Shown: positions 1-8,532 of the stretch, piece after piece
How the letters are laid out: the number at the start of each line of letters is the position of its first letter
Numbering within the stretch: position 1 is the first letter of the stretch
Assembly: GCA_043804895.1 (NCBI GenBank)
Contig: JAZDIN010000031.1
Span: 1-16,543 of the forward strand
Direction of reading: 5' to 3'
Length of the DNA: 16,543 nt
DNA from: Candidatus Altiarchaeota archaeon
Lineage (GTDB): Archaea; Altiarchaeota; Altiarchaeia; IMC4; SCGC-AAA252-I15
Translations under genes and position numbers: made by a program
The notes under the pieces: model-generated
Databases searched by the model: none
Told to the model about the DNA's origin: nothing
Seen by the model: the letters and a program-made list of their open reading frames with translations, nothing else

Positions 1-170
1 CCAGTCTCTATCATCTCCCTAATCAGCTCAGCCTCCTCGCCACAGTAGGAGTCCTCAGTCTGCCGGAGCTTTTTCGCTATCTCAATTATGTCGCCTGCGA
101 ACAACTTCTGTTTGATTACCTTCCCATCCCTGAGGATGAATGTGCCGAGCACGTTCGTCGTAAGCTGCAT
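1..170 (-). CDS. nop5: Box C/D sRNP protein Nop5 (aNOP56/58), N-terminal fragment running off the left edge
   Basis: Not in the ORF track. Manual translation from ATG at 170 gives MQLTTNVLGTFILRDGKVIKQKLFAGDIIEIAKKLRQTEDSYCGEEAELIREMIET..., open to the window edge. It resembles the archaeal Nop5 N-terminal fibrillarin-binding domain (NVxGxFxxxxG followed by helices). Confidence 0.7.
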   Translation of the reverse strand, partial: MQLTTNVLGTFILRDGKVIKQKLFAGDIIEIAKKLRQTEDSYCGEEAELIREMIET

Positions 171-196
171 TATCCTAACCTGATGGCTTCACAGGC

Positions 197-2335
197 TCAC
201 TTGCCGAGCCTGGACCCTGATGACCTCTTGAAGGCCGGCTTCGGCCCATTCCGCCTGTAGAAGAGGCTGACTATCACTATCGCGAATATGCCTATCAAGA
301 CGATGAGCACCAGCACGATGAGTATTGGCACCCATATGTCTGATATGGCGGTCGATCCTTTCACGAGGGACATTGGCTTGGCATCGTAGTCTTGGCTTGC
401 AACCTGCACAGTGTAGTTTCCGGTGGCATTGGCAGCGAATGATGCCACGCCTGAGCTGTCTGTCGCTGCGGAGTATGTGATGCCTCCAGCTATTACGTTG
501 ATGTTGACGTTCCCTGCTGGTTTGCCGGCTGTTGTGGCATTCAGTATGAGCTTGTCGTCCTTGAACTGGTATGTTATCGCCAGTGGACGCGGTTTGACTG
601 TCAGAGTTTCAGAGGATGAGCTGTAGCTCTTTTTGGAGGCCTCGATGGCGTATGTGCCTGCCTTCGTGGGGGTGAGAGAGTACTCAGAGTCTGTGTACGT
701 TTCGCTCCCGCTTGGCCCTGAGACCTTTATTGCCGCCTCGACGGACGTTCCGCCCGCATCTGTGACGGTGATTTTCACGCTCTCGTCGAGGGTTATCTCC
801 GCCTTGTCTAGTTTCACTGTAAGCTGGCCTGTGGAGGACAGCGACGCTGTTCCATCAATGAACCCAGTCTTCTTGACTAGGACGTCGTATGTGCCTGCTT
901 CACCCATGGTGAAGGAGAACCATCCGCTCTGGTCTGTCGTGCCCGATATCGTTGTCCCTTCAAGCGACACTGCCGCACCTGATACTGCGGCCCCGGACTG
1001 ATCTTTGACTGTTATTGCAGCTTCACTGCCCCGTTTAAGTTCTGTTGTTGGAGTAGTTATCTGAAAGCTGTTGAGTACGCTGAACGTCTCAGTCCCATCG
1101 TCGTACCCGGACTTTGATGCTCTGACTGAGTAGTCTCCTTGCGCTGATCCTGTGTAGGGTATTGTCCCGGAGGCTGACGTCGTCCCTGAGAGTGTTTGTT
1201 CTGATCCTCCTGGTGGGGTGACCCTCACTGTTGCGCCGTCTATCTCATTACCGTTTGACTTCACGGTTAGTATGACTGGCTTCCCTATCGACTGGGGGTC
1301 TGGGGATACTGTGACTGTGAGCTGTGATTTAGCTCCTACGTTGACTGTCTTTAGAGTCTCATCGTATCCTGAGCTGCCTGCGCCGACTGAGATAGTGTAT
1401 GCGCCTGCTGTTGCGACAGTGAATGTCGCATAGCCGTCCATGTTGATGGAGGATTTTAGCCCACCAGGTGTGAGTGAAGCAAGTAGCCCGGTTGCGGATT
1501 TTCCTGAGGGGGTTGTTACCCTCACCTTGAATGGTTCCCCGGTTTTTGGCGCTGAAGGCTCTGGGTCGCTGATGTTTAGGATGTTTTGTATGCTGTAGAG
1601 TTGGGTGGTTTTGCAGTAGCCTATCTTCCATATGTCAAGCTGGTATTTGCCGTTGCCTGCTTTTGATATGTCGCTTGATATTTTGAACGTCGCCTCGCCA
1701 TCGCTGTCTGTCTTATCGTCGGTGTATTTGTCAGACACGTCCCATTCGCCGTCTGTGTCGCCTTTTTCCACATAGGTGAGCTTCACCCAAGCCTCTTTGA
1801 GGGGGTCCTCGTCCTCGTCGTAGACCGTCACTGTGAATTTGTCATCTAGGTTTAGGGTGGTCGGGCTTAGGTCGAATGAGCTTATCTCGCTGTCTCCGTC
1901 AGCTTCGATGTCTATCGAGTCGCTGTCTTCAACGTCGTCTATGTCGCCTGAAATGCTGACAATGACTTCGATGTCGCTGTCGCACCCGTATGCCATCAGG
2001 TTCTTGTCCCACACATCCCCGTCATCGGTGCTGAAGCTACCTGAGTTTACTGTTATCGTCCTGTCGACACTTTCGTTGAGGTCGACGTTCATTGAGTCCT
2101 GGTGGACGAGAACGTCACCCACAGTTATCTCAACATCTAAATTCACGTTGTTTTCGGTTTCATCCGGGTCTCGTAGTGTGAATGCTACGTCAAAGTCCCC
2201 CCCTGCTTCGATAGAACTCGGAACGTTTACGTCGAGACTGTCAACATCGACTGCAGACACCATCGGAACACACAAAAGCGCATATAAGGCGCAAAACAAA
2301 ACAATATTAGCCCATTTTGAGCGGATTAAATCCAT
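197..2335 (-). CDS. Secreted, C-terminally membrane-anchored surface protein with tandem Ig-like (carboxypeptidase-regulatory-like) domains, 712 aa
   Basis: Signal peptide (…PMVSA/VD), repeated beta-rich units (ITVKDQSGAAVSGAAV…GTTDQSG…F…GTY…KxGY/F), hydrophobic TM (IWVPILIVLVLIVLIGIFAIVIVSLFY) and a basic tail. SD-like AGGTG just upstream of ATG 2335. Confidence 0.85.
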   Translation of the reverse strand: MDLIRSKWANIVLFCALYALLCVPMVSAVDVDSLDVNVPSSIEAGGDFDVAFTLRDPDETENNVNLDVEITVGDVLVHQDSMNVDLNESVDRTITVNSGSFSTDDGDVWDKNLMAYGCDSDIEVIVSISGDIDDVEDSDSIDIEADGDSEISSFDLSPTTLNLDDKFTVTVYDEDEDPLKEAWVKLTYVEKGDTDGEWDVSDKYTDDKTDSDGEATFKISSDISKAGNGKYQLDIWKIGYCKTTQLYSIQNILNISDPEPSAPKTGEPFKVRVTTPSGKSATGLLASLTPGGLKSSINMDGYATFTVATAGAYTISVGAGSSGYDETLKTVNVGAKSQLTVTVSPDPQSIGKPVILTVKSNGNEIDGATVRVTPPGGSEQTLSGTTSASGTIPYTGSAQGDYSVRASKSGYDDGTETFSVLNSFQITTPTTELKRGSEAAITVKDQSGAAVSGAAVSLEGTTISGTTDQSGWFSFTMGEAGTYDVLVKKTGFIDGTASLSSTGQLTVKLDKAEITLDESVKITVTDAGGTSVEAAIKVSGPSGSETYTDSEYSLTPTKAGTYAIEASKKSYSSSSETLTVKPRPLAITYQFKDDKLILNATTAGKPAGNVNINVIAGGITYSAATDSSGVASFAANATGNYTVQVASQDYDAKPMSLVKGSTAISDIWVPILIVLVLIVLIGIFAIVIVSLFYRRNGPKPAFKRSSGSRLGK

Positions 2336-2373
2336 TTAGACACCTATAGTTGGTAGTATATTGTTAATGCCGC

Positions 2374-2381
2374 TATAAAAA
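2374..2381 (-). promoter_or_regulatory. Putative TATA box for the 712-aa surface protein gene
   Basis: Minus strand reads TTTTTATA about 40 bp upstream of ATG 2335, followed by a short leader containing AGGTG. Confidence 0.45.
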
Positions 2382-2399
2382 GTCTTCCAGGGCATCTTC

Positions 2400-4490
2400 T
2401 CAAAGCTTGGAAAGCCGCGAACTCTTCTTGCCGTCATCGCCCAGGAGGACTGAATCATGCTTCGTCTTCATCCTCGGCCTTCCGAAGCTGAATGACGGCA
2501 TCGTCCACTCGTTGCCCATGTACTTCCTCCCAAGCTGCACGACCACGATTGTTATAAGCGTGATTACGAATATCACGACAAGGGGCGTGGCCAAAAGAAC
2601 CAGCTCGTAGGAGCGTAGTATGTTCTGCCTGAGCGTCTTCTCGTCGTAGTATATGTTCGACCCTCCACCATTCACGATGAGGGTGATGTTCCCCTCCCGG
2701 TTCATGTTGAAAACTGCGATGCCTTGCGCATCCGTGGTGCCGTTGAGGGTTTCAGATGCGCGCGTCACCGAGACCTTTATTGACGAAACCGGGTTGCTGT
2801 TGCTTGTCACGTTCACGTAAAGCTGCCCTGAGGACATGTGCGTTTGCACGTTGAGCGGGTGCGGTTTGACCTTGAATGTCACGTTCGCGTTGAGGTAGTT
2901 TGTTTTACTCACCGTGGCTGTGTATCCGCCGGGTTTGTCAGGGGTTAGGGTGTATGACTGCGTGTTAGGGTAGTATTTCACTATTCCGTCCGGGTCTTTG
3001 AAGTTTATGTCCGCAGCTGCCGGGTTGTTGAAGCTGTCGTATGTGGAGATTGTTATGTTCCCCCCTAGTTCGAACTCCTGGAGGCATTCGCCCATAGACA
3101 GTATCCCAAACGGTGTCAACTTCACCGCCTTATCCCAGAACATGTCCTTTGAGAGCTTTATCTCATACTCCTTCGGCTCCTGGAGGTTGAAGCTTATCTT
3201 GCCGCCCATGTCAGTGACGCGTCTGAAGCCTATGTCTTGGATTTCAACAAGCACATCACCCACAGGTTTGGCGTTTTGGTCGTTGACAGTCATATCCAGT
3301 GTGTCCTTCACATTCGGGGTGGACGGTGAGAAAGCCGCGTCGAAATAGTGCTTCGCCTCGAATGACGATGAGGCATCGGCGTATCTCTCCTTCGACACGC
3401 GTATAGTGTAGGTTCCGGTGGAGGTTATTGTCTCATAGTTGACTGAGCCGTAGTTTTCAGTTGTGTAGTCCCGTTCTACTCCATCGGGTTTTTTCACAGT
3501 CACCCTTGCACCAGCCAGCCCCTCCCCCCTTGAGCTCACCGTTATGGTGGCTGGTTTCCCGACCACCGGCTGGTCTGGCGAGACCTTTATTTCAGGCGTG
3601 AGCCTGTCCGACACGGTTATCGTCTTGTTGATGCTCCAGTACTTCGTGCTCTCGTCGCCAACGATGAGCGTGTACGTGCCAGGCTTGTCTATCGTGAAAT
3701 TCGACCCGCCGTTATAGGACACTGGTGGAGTCTTATACACCCCCCCACCTGAGTCCAGTATCTTGACCCCAACGCTAGCCCCCGCCGGCACCGCAACAGC
3801 GACCATCTCGCCGATGACCGGATTCTCAGGCCTCGGCCCGTCTATCATTAGCGGCCGTTTGACGTAGAATGTGATGTCGCCGCATATATCCCTTTCCCTC
3901 ATCGTCAGGTGGTACTCGCCTGCCGCTTTCGGCATGAAAGAGAAGCCTCCGTCGCTTATGACTGTTTTACCGGTTATCGGGTCACCGCCGTATATGTCCT
4001 TGATTGTCAAGTCCACGTTCCCAAGAGGGTTTCCGTTGTCGTTATCGTATAACTTCACACGAGCCTCCTTGTTCGGGACTGGCTGGGCTGGGGTGAACTC
4101 AAGACCCGGCATCACCCCTATGTTAAAGGACACGCTATCATTTGCCACCATGGACTGCGTCGCGCTCGTGTACAACTCGACCTTAGCCTGTTTTTGGCCA
4201 CATGTTACCTTGAACAGATCCCAGTCCTCAGCTTTAAGATTGAACTTCCCCTTAACCTCTTCGGATTCACATCCTACGTTCTTCCTGTCGAAGATGTAGT
4301 TGTCAACGTAAAACCAGGCCTGCAGGTTGCACGTGTCCCCGCTAAGTTTAGCAGTGACTTCGAACGTATCCAAGTAGTCCACAGGGTCGTCTGAAACACT
4401 GATATCAGTAACCCGGACCGCCCCAACGGCCGTGCCGAGGGCTGAAACGAGGAAAATGCAAAGGGCTAGCCTAAGAGGAGATACCATCAT
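2400..4490 (-). CDS. Secreted, C-terminally membrane-anchored Ig-repeat surface protein, paralog of 197..2335, 696 aa
   Basis: Signal peptide (…TAVGA/VR), the same beta-rich repeat units, TM (LVLLATPLVVIFVITLITIVVV), basic tail, and several N-x-S/T sequons (NDS, NFT, NKT, NIT, NVT, NGT). Confidence 0.85.
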   Translation of the reverse strand: MMVSPLRLALCIFLVSALGTAVGAVRVTDISVSDDPVDYLDTFEVTAKLSGDTCNLQAWFYVDNYIFDRKNVGCESEEVKGKFNLKAEDWDLFKVTCGQKQAKVELYTSATQSMVANDSVSFNIGVMPGLEFTPAQPVPNKEARVKLYDNDNGNPLGNVDLTIKDIYGGDPITGKTVISDGGFSFMPKAAGEYHLTMRERDICGDITFYVKRPLMIDGPRPENPVIGEMVAVAVPAGASVGVKILDSGGGVYKTPPVSYNGGSNFTIDKPGTYTLIVGDESTKYWSINKTITVSDRLTPEIKVSPDQPVVGKPATITVSSRGEGLAGARVTVKKPDGVERDYTTENYGSVNYETITSTGTYTIRVSKERYADASSSFEAKHYFDAAFSPSTPNVKDTLDMTVNDQNAKPVGDVLVEIQDIGFRRVTDMGGKISFNLQEPKEYEIKLSKDMFWDKAVKLTPFGILSMGECLQEFELGGNITISTYDSFNNPAAADINFKDPDGIVKYYPNTQSYTLTPDKPGGYTATVSKTNYLNANVTFKVKPHPLNVQTHMSSGQLYVNVTSNSNPVSSIKVSVTRASETLNGTTDAQGIAVFNMNREGNITLIVNGGGSNIYYDEKTLRQNILRSYELVLLATPLVVIFVITLITIVVVQLGRKYMGNEWTMPSFSFGRPRMKTKHDSVLLGDDGKKSSRLSKL

Positions 4491-4597
4491 AGGATATGTT
4501 ATTTAGGGATTAATATATCAAGTGCAGCAGGAGGCTGAAATAGACGTTAGGGGGGGTATTGAACATTATTTAACGAGGGAGGCGAATACCTTACCAT

Positions 4598-5713
4598 ATG
4601 CCATTAACAAACGATGACTTTAGGGGGATAGTTAATTTGAACATCAGCAACAAGAGGAACATCCCTGGAACGTTATCCATGTTAGTAGTACATACGCGGG
4701 ATGGAGGCACACTTCCAGAGTCAACCCAGGATATGTTGATTACTGCAGTATTTAATAGCGATATTACCACTGGCGGAAACGAAGAACTTTCAGAGTATTC
4801 CGGAGCAATATGTAAGGTCATAGCTGACTCGATAAAAAACGGCCAGAAGCTGACTGACAGATTCAGACTCGCTGAATTAAGCAAAAGCTTAGTTAAACCA
4901 GGGATTCCTTGCAAGGAGCAGATACTCTGGATATTTGATGCAGTATTATCGAAAGGAGGGGTTATACCCGGTAGAGTACTCCAGGACTTAGAGCATGCAG
5001 CAGAAGGTAACGTCGAACTCAAGCCAAAGATTGATGAACTGTTGGAGAAGGCGCGAGCACAAGCCAAACAAACACCTAAGGTGAGGAGTGAAGCGGCCCA
5101 GACCGGAACGACAACGGAGAGTGAGCCCTGGAGGAAGCCGCCACGACAAAAACCAGAGAAAAAACCAGACGAGGAGACGCCAAAAACAAAGCCTTACAAG
5201 GTACCATCCCCCGGAGATGTAATAGCCTTAATTGATAGCATATCCAACAGTGACATGGTGCTGGTGAATGTTGGAGTAGCGTGCGTTAAGTTAGAGCGTG
5301 CAGTGAGAGGCGGCCGAAGGATAGGGGAGGGGAAGCTGGATAGACTAACCAGCAGCCTGAGGAATGCGGACATGCCAGACAGGGAGAAAATCTTGGATGT
5401 TTTTAACGCGGTCGTCGAGATGGGAGGTATTTTGCCAAAAAGTGTGCTCAATGGCATGGCGGAAATCGCATCAAACAACCCTCTGATTCTGCCGCATATC
5501 GTCAGCCTGTTTGAAAAAGCAGGCGGTAAACAACGCGACGACGCGTCAGAAGCCCTGATAAAGCTAGAGTTTAGCTTAACTAGTAAGAATTACGAACGCA
5601 AGCAAGATGATTTAAAGATAGTAAGAGTTGCGCGAAATAACCTGGCCAGGGGGATATTGCCCTTGGACGGTCTTGAACCGCCAACGCAGGACAAAAGAAA
5701 GGATAGGAATTAA
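4598..5713 (+). CDS. Hypothetical helical-repeat (HEAT/ARM-like) protein with an internal duplication and a P/K/E-rich linker, 371 aa
   Basis: Long ORF with a TATA-like TTATTTAA about 26-32 bp upstream. Aa ~71-152 align by eye with aa ~228-308. No family recognised. Confidence 0.7.
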   Translation: MPLTNDDFRGIVNLNISNKRNIPGTLSMLVVHTRDGGTLPESTQDMLITAVFNSDITTGGNEELSEYSGAICKVIADSIKNGQKLTDRFRLAELSKSLVKPGIPCKEQILWIFDAVLSKGGVIPGRVLQDLEHAAEGNVELKPKIDELLEKARAQAKQTPKVRSEAAQTGTTTESEPWRKPPRQKPEKKPDEETPKTKPYKVPSPGDVIALIDSISNSDMVLVNVGVACVKLERAVRGGRRIGEGKLDRLTSSLRNADMPDREKILDVFNAVVEMGGILPKSVLNGMAEIASNNPLILPHIVSLFEKAGGKQRDDASEALIKLEFSLTSKNYERKQDDLKIVRVARNNLARGILPLDGLEPPTQDKRKDRN

Positions 5714-6165
5714 ACATTAGCATTCATCTGCACCACGTCTTCGCCTTCCATCGTGTAGCCTCTGAGGTAGGCTTCGTAGTTGAATCCCTCCTTTAGGAAG
5801 AAATTTACAGCTTTAGAGTTGTTAGCTTTGACTTTCACGAAGACCCGTCTGATTCCGTTTTCCTTAAGGAACCGGAACATGGCTTCTCTCAGGGCCGAGC
5901 CTATCCCGTATCCCTGGTATGCTTCGTCTACGCCGAGTGGGCCGAGTTCGGCCCTCCCGACTGCCGTCTGGTAGAGGCATCCTATGAATCCGAGTAGGGT
6001 GCCGTCGACTTCTGCTACGAGGAATCTGAAGTCAGGGCGAGCCGCGGAGGATAGGATGAATTCCCTGTTGACTCCGATATCCTCAAACCAGGTTCCGAAT
6101 TTCTGGTAGATGCCGACTACCCCATCAGCGTCCGAGTGCTCGAAAAACCTCACCTTAGGCTGCAT
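5710..6165 (-). CDS. GNAT family N-acetyltransferase
   Basis: Motif A (LGVDEAYQGYGIGSAL) and motif B (NSKAVNFFLKEGF); 151 aa. Confidence 0.9.
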   Translation of the reverse strand: MQPKVRFFEHSDADGVVGIYQKFGTWFEDIGVNREFILSSAARPDFRFLVAEVDGTLLGFIGCLYQTAVGRAELGPLGVDEAYQGYGIGSALREAMFRFLKENGIRRVFVKVKANNSKAVNFFLKEGFNYEAYLRGYTMEGEDVVQMNANV

Positions 6166-6204
6166 GACTATTTTTATTCTGATTTCGTGGTAATAACAAC
6201 AAAC

Positions 6205-7413
6205 ATGAAGTTTATCGTCCTAGTCCCTGATGGTGCGGCTGACCGGCCGCTTGAGGAGCTTGAGGGGAAGACTCCGCTTGAGGCTGCCTACACTCCGAAC
6301 ATGGATACGGTAGCTAAGAAAGGAACCTGCGGGATGGCTCAGACCCTGTTTCCTGAGCTTCCCTTCGACAGTTCGGTTGCTAACATGTCGGTGTTGGGTT
6401 ATGACCCGCGGAAGTATTTCAGCGGTAGGGCGCCCATCGAAGCAGCCAACCTCGGTATCGAGCTTGGGAGGGGGGATATCGCAGTCAGGTGCAACCTCAT
6501 CACCGTAGAGGATGGGAGGATTAGGGACTTCACCGCAGGCCACATAAAGAAGGCTGAGGGGGCGAAGCTTATTGAGGCGTTGAACGAGAAGCTCGGCGCC
6601 GACGGCATAGAGTTCTACCCGGGGACCAGCTACAGGAACATCCTTGTCATAAGGTCTAAGCTGAAGCCGTCTCTCGAATTCCTCGCTCAGCAGCCGCATG
6701 ACATAGTCGGCGAGAAGGTCTCAGAGTACAGGATAAAAGCGAAGACTGAAGTTGGTTCGGAGACTGCGAAGCTTCTGAACATGCTCATGGACGAAGCTGC
6801 GGGTATTCTGGGAGACCATGATGTGAACAAAAAACGCATCAAGGAGAACAAGAACCCTGCGGACAGCATATGGCTTTGGGGTGCTGGAGTCAGCCCGAAC
6901 ATGCCTACCTTCAAGAAAGCCTACGGAATCGACGGCTCCCTTGTCTCGGCTGTGGACCTCCTGAAAGGCATCGGTAAGATTGTGGGGATGAGGGTCCTTG
7001 AGGTTAAGGGTGCTACGGGGTATTTTGACACTAACTATGAGGGGAAGGCGGATGCTGCAGTGGAGAGCCTGAGAGAAGTCGACTTGGCTTACGTTCACAT
7101 CGAAAGCACTGACGAGGCAAGCCATGAGGGGGATGTTGAAGGCAAAATCAAGGCTATCGAGGACGTTGACGAGCGGGTTTTAGGGAGGATGATGGAGAGC
7201 CTTGAGGATGATTACGCCATCTTGGTAATGCCAGACCATGCGACCCCCATCAAGGTGAGGACGCACACCGATGAGCCAGTGCCGTATGCCATATACGACA
7301 CTAGGAAAAAAGGGGATAGTGTGAAGTCGTTCAGCGAAAAGGACATAAGGGAGAAGGGCAGTCAGCCTCTCATCGAAGCGCACAAGCTTATGGGGAAGCT
7401 CACTAGAGATTAG
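6205..7413 (+). CDS. apgM: 2,3-bisphosphoglycerate-independent phosphoglycerate mutase (archaeal ApgM family)
   Basis: Starts MKFIVLVPDGAADRPLEELEGKTPLEAAYTPNMD at ATG 6205. Also carries VANMSVLGYDP, GRAPIEAA, SAVDLLKGIG, HIESTDEASH and PDHATP…THT metal-binding motifs. Confidence 0.9.
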   Translation: MKFIVLVPDGAADRPLEELEGKTPLEAAYTPNMDTVAKKGTCGMAQTLFPELPFDSSVANMSVLGYDPRKYFSGRAPIEAANLGIELGRGDIAVRCNLITVEDGRIRDFTAGHIKKAEGAKLIEALNEKLGADGIEFYPGTSYRNILVIRSKLKPSLEFLAQQPHDIVGEKVSEYRIKAKTEVGSETAKLLNMLMDEAAGILGDHDVNKKRIKENKNPADSIWLWGAGVSPNMPTFKKAYGIDGSLVSAVDLLKGIGKIVGMRVLEVKGATGYFDTNYEGKADAAVESLREVDLAYVHIESTDEASHEGDVEGKIKAIEDVDERVLGRMMESLEDDYAILVMPDHATPIKVRTHTDEPVPYAIYDTRKKGDSVKSFSEKDIREKGSQPLIEAHKLMGKLTRD

Positions 7414-8482
7414 ACATGTTCCAACCGCCTGTATCAGGTGTATGCTCGCTGTAGTCTGACGTCACTTCAGCGCCGAGGATGTTCGGGCTTTTGACGCCGG
7501 TTGCGATAAGGATGACCTCAACCCTGTCCCTCATGTTTGGGTTAACCCTGGCGCCCCATATCACCGAAGACTTCGGGTCGAACTCCTGGGTTATCATCTC
7601 GCCAATCCTGTTAGCGTCGCCCAACGTCATCTCAGGGCCACCGGTTATGTGGATGAGCGCCCCAGTTGCGCCCTTGTAGTCGACATCTAAAAGCGGATGC
7701 GCAAGCGTGTTACGAGCAGCGTCCGAACACTTGTCAGGGCCTTCGCCTTCCCCGACGCTGATGACTGCGACCGAGCCGCCAGCCATGACAGTGCGTATGT
7801 CTGCGAAGTCTATGTTTATGAGGCTCGGCTCCATTATGGTCTCTGTGATGCCTTTGACTGCGCGGGCCACTACCTCATCAGCAACGCTAAATGCTTTGTC
7901 GATTGGTAGGTTAGGGACATATTCGACGAGCTTGTTGTTGTCCACCACCACGACTGTGTCGGCAGTCTTCCTCAGCTTTTCAATACCCTCTCTTGCTTTA
8001 TCTTGCCTTGCGCGCTCCAGCTTGAACGGGAAGGTGACTATCGCGACCACTATCGCCCCAGCCTCCTTGCCGACTTCAGCCACGACTGAAGCTGCTCCGG
8101 TGCCGGTACCCCCGCCCATGCCTGCTGTGACGAAGAGTAGATGCGTGCCTGCTAGGACGTCAGATAACTCATGGCGGCTGGACTCTGCAGCCTTTGCGCC
8201 AAGCTCAGGGAATCCGCCGGCCCCGAGGCCGCGCATGAGCTTCCCGCCTATCAGCACCTTGGTTATGCTGTCGTTGAGCTTCTGGAGGTCCTGTTTGTCA
8301 GTGTTCGCAGCAATAAGGTCAGCGCCTTCGACACCAATTCTAGAAAGCCTGTTCACTGTGTTGCCGCCGCCGCCTCCGACGCCACAAACCACAATCCTAA
8401 GATGCTCGGCCTCACTGAACTCGTCGTAGAGGCGCTTCTCCAGCTTCCCATGCTCCAACGCAGAATTAACTAATGAATCCAC
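7403..8482 (-). CDS. ftsZ: Cell division protein FtsZ, archaeal FtsZ2-type
   Basis: GVGGGGGN, tubulin signature GMGGGTGTG, T7 loop INIDFAD, and FtsZ2-like HPLLDVDYKGATGALIHITGG and GVKSPNILG. Likely start is GTG 8482 (MDSLVNSALE) after an SD-like GGGGTG; the alternative start is 8488. Confidence 0.95.
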   Translation of the reverse strand: MDSLVNSALEHGKLEKRLYDEFSEAEHLRIVVCGVGGGGGNTVNRLSRIGVEGADLIAANTDKQDLQKLNDSITKVLIGGKLMRGLGAGGFPELGAKAAESSRHELSDVLAGTHLLFVTAGMGGGTGTGAASVVAEVGKEAGAIVVAIVTFPFKLERARQDKAREGIEKLRKTADTVVVVDNNKLVEYVPNLPIDKAFSVADEVVARAVKGITETIMEPSLINIDFADIRTVMAGGSVAVISVGEGEGPDKCSDAARNTLAHPLLDVDYKGATGALIHITGGPEMTLGDANRIGEMITQEFDPKSSVIWGARVNPNMRDRVEVILIATGVKSPNILGAEVTSDYSEHTPDTGGWNMSNL

Positions 8483-8514
8483 AACCACACCCCAATTAAC
8501 TATGCCGGCGCACT

Positions 8515-8522
8515 ATTTATAA
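8515..8522 (-). promoter_or_regulatory. Putative TATA box of ftsZ
   Basis: Minus strand TTATAAAT about 35 bp upstream of the ftsZ start, directly after a T-tract that follows the toxin stop codon. Confidence 0.5.
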
Positions 8523-8525
8523 GTG

Positions 8526-8531
8526 AAAAAA
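8526..8531 (-). terminator. Possible oligo-U terminator of the TA operon
   Basis: TTTTTT on the minus strand just after the toxin TGA at 8533. Confidence 0.35.
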
Positions 8532-8532
8532 G

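Noticed and set aside
218..270. Box C/D-like pair TGATGA…CTGA about 50 nt apart on the + strand near nop5
   Set aside because: It lies antisense within a CDS, the C box lacks the leading purine, and no properly spaced D'/C' boxes or terminal stem are visible. Likely chance.
423..4394. Multiple + strand ORFs (423, 633, 1218, 1833, 2407, 2998, 3871, 4194) and the - strand ORF 1359..1631
   Set aside because: Antisense or alternate-frame shadows of the two surface-protein genes, with no recognisable motifs.
6136..6204. N-terminal extension of the apgM ORF
   Set aside because: It overlaps the divergent GNAT start, and family similarity begins at ATG 6205.
7707..8429. 240-aa + strand ORF
   Set aside because: Antisense shadow of ftsZ with Ser/Pro/Thr-rich composition and no motifs.
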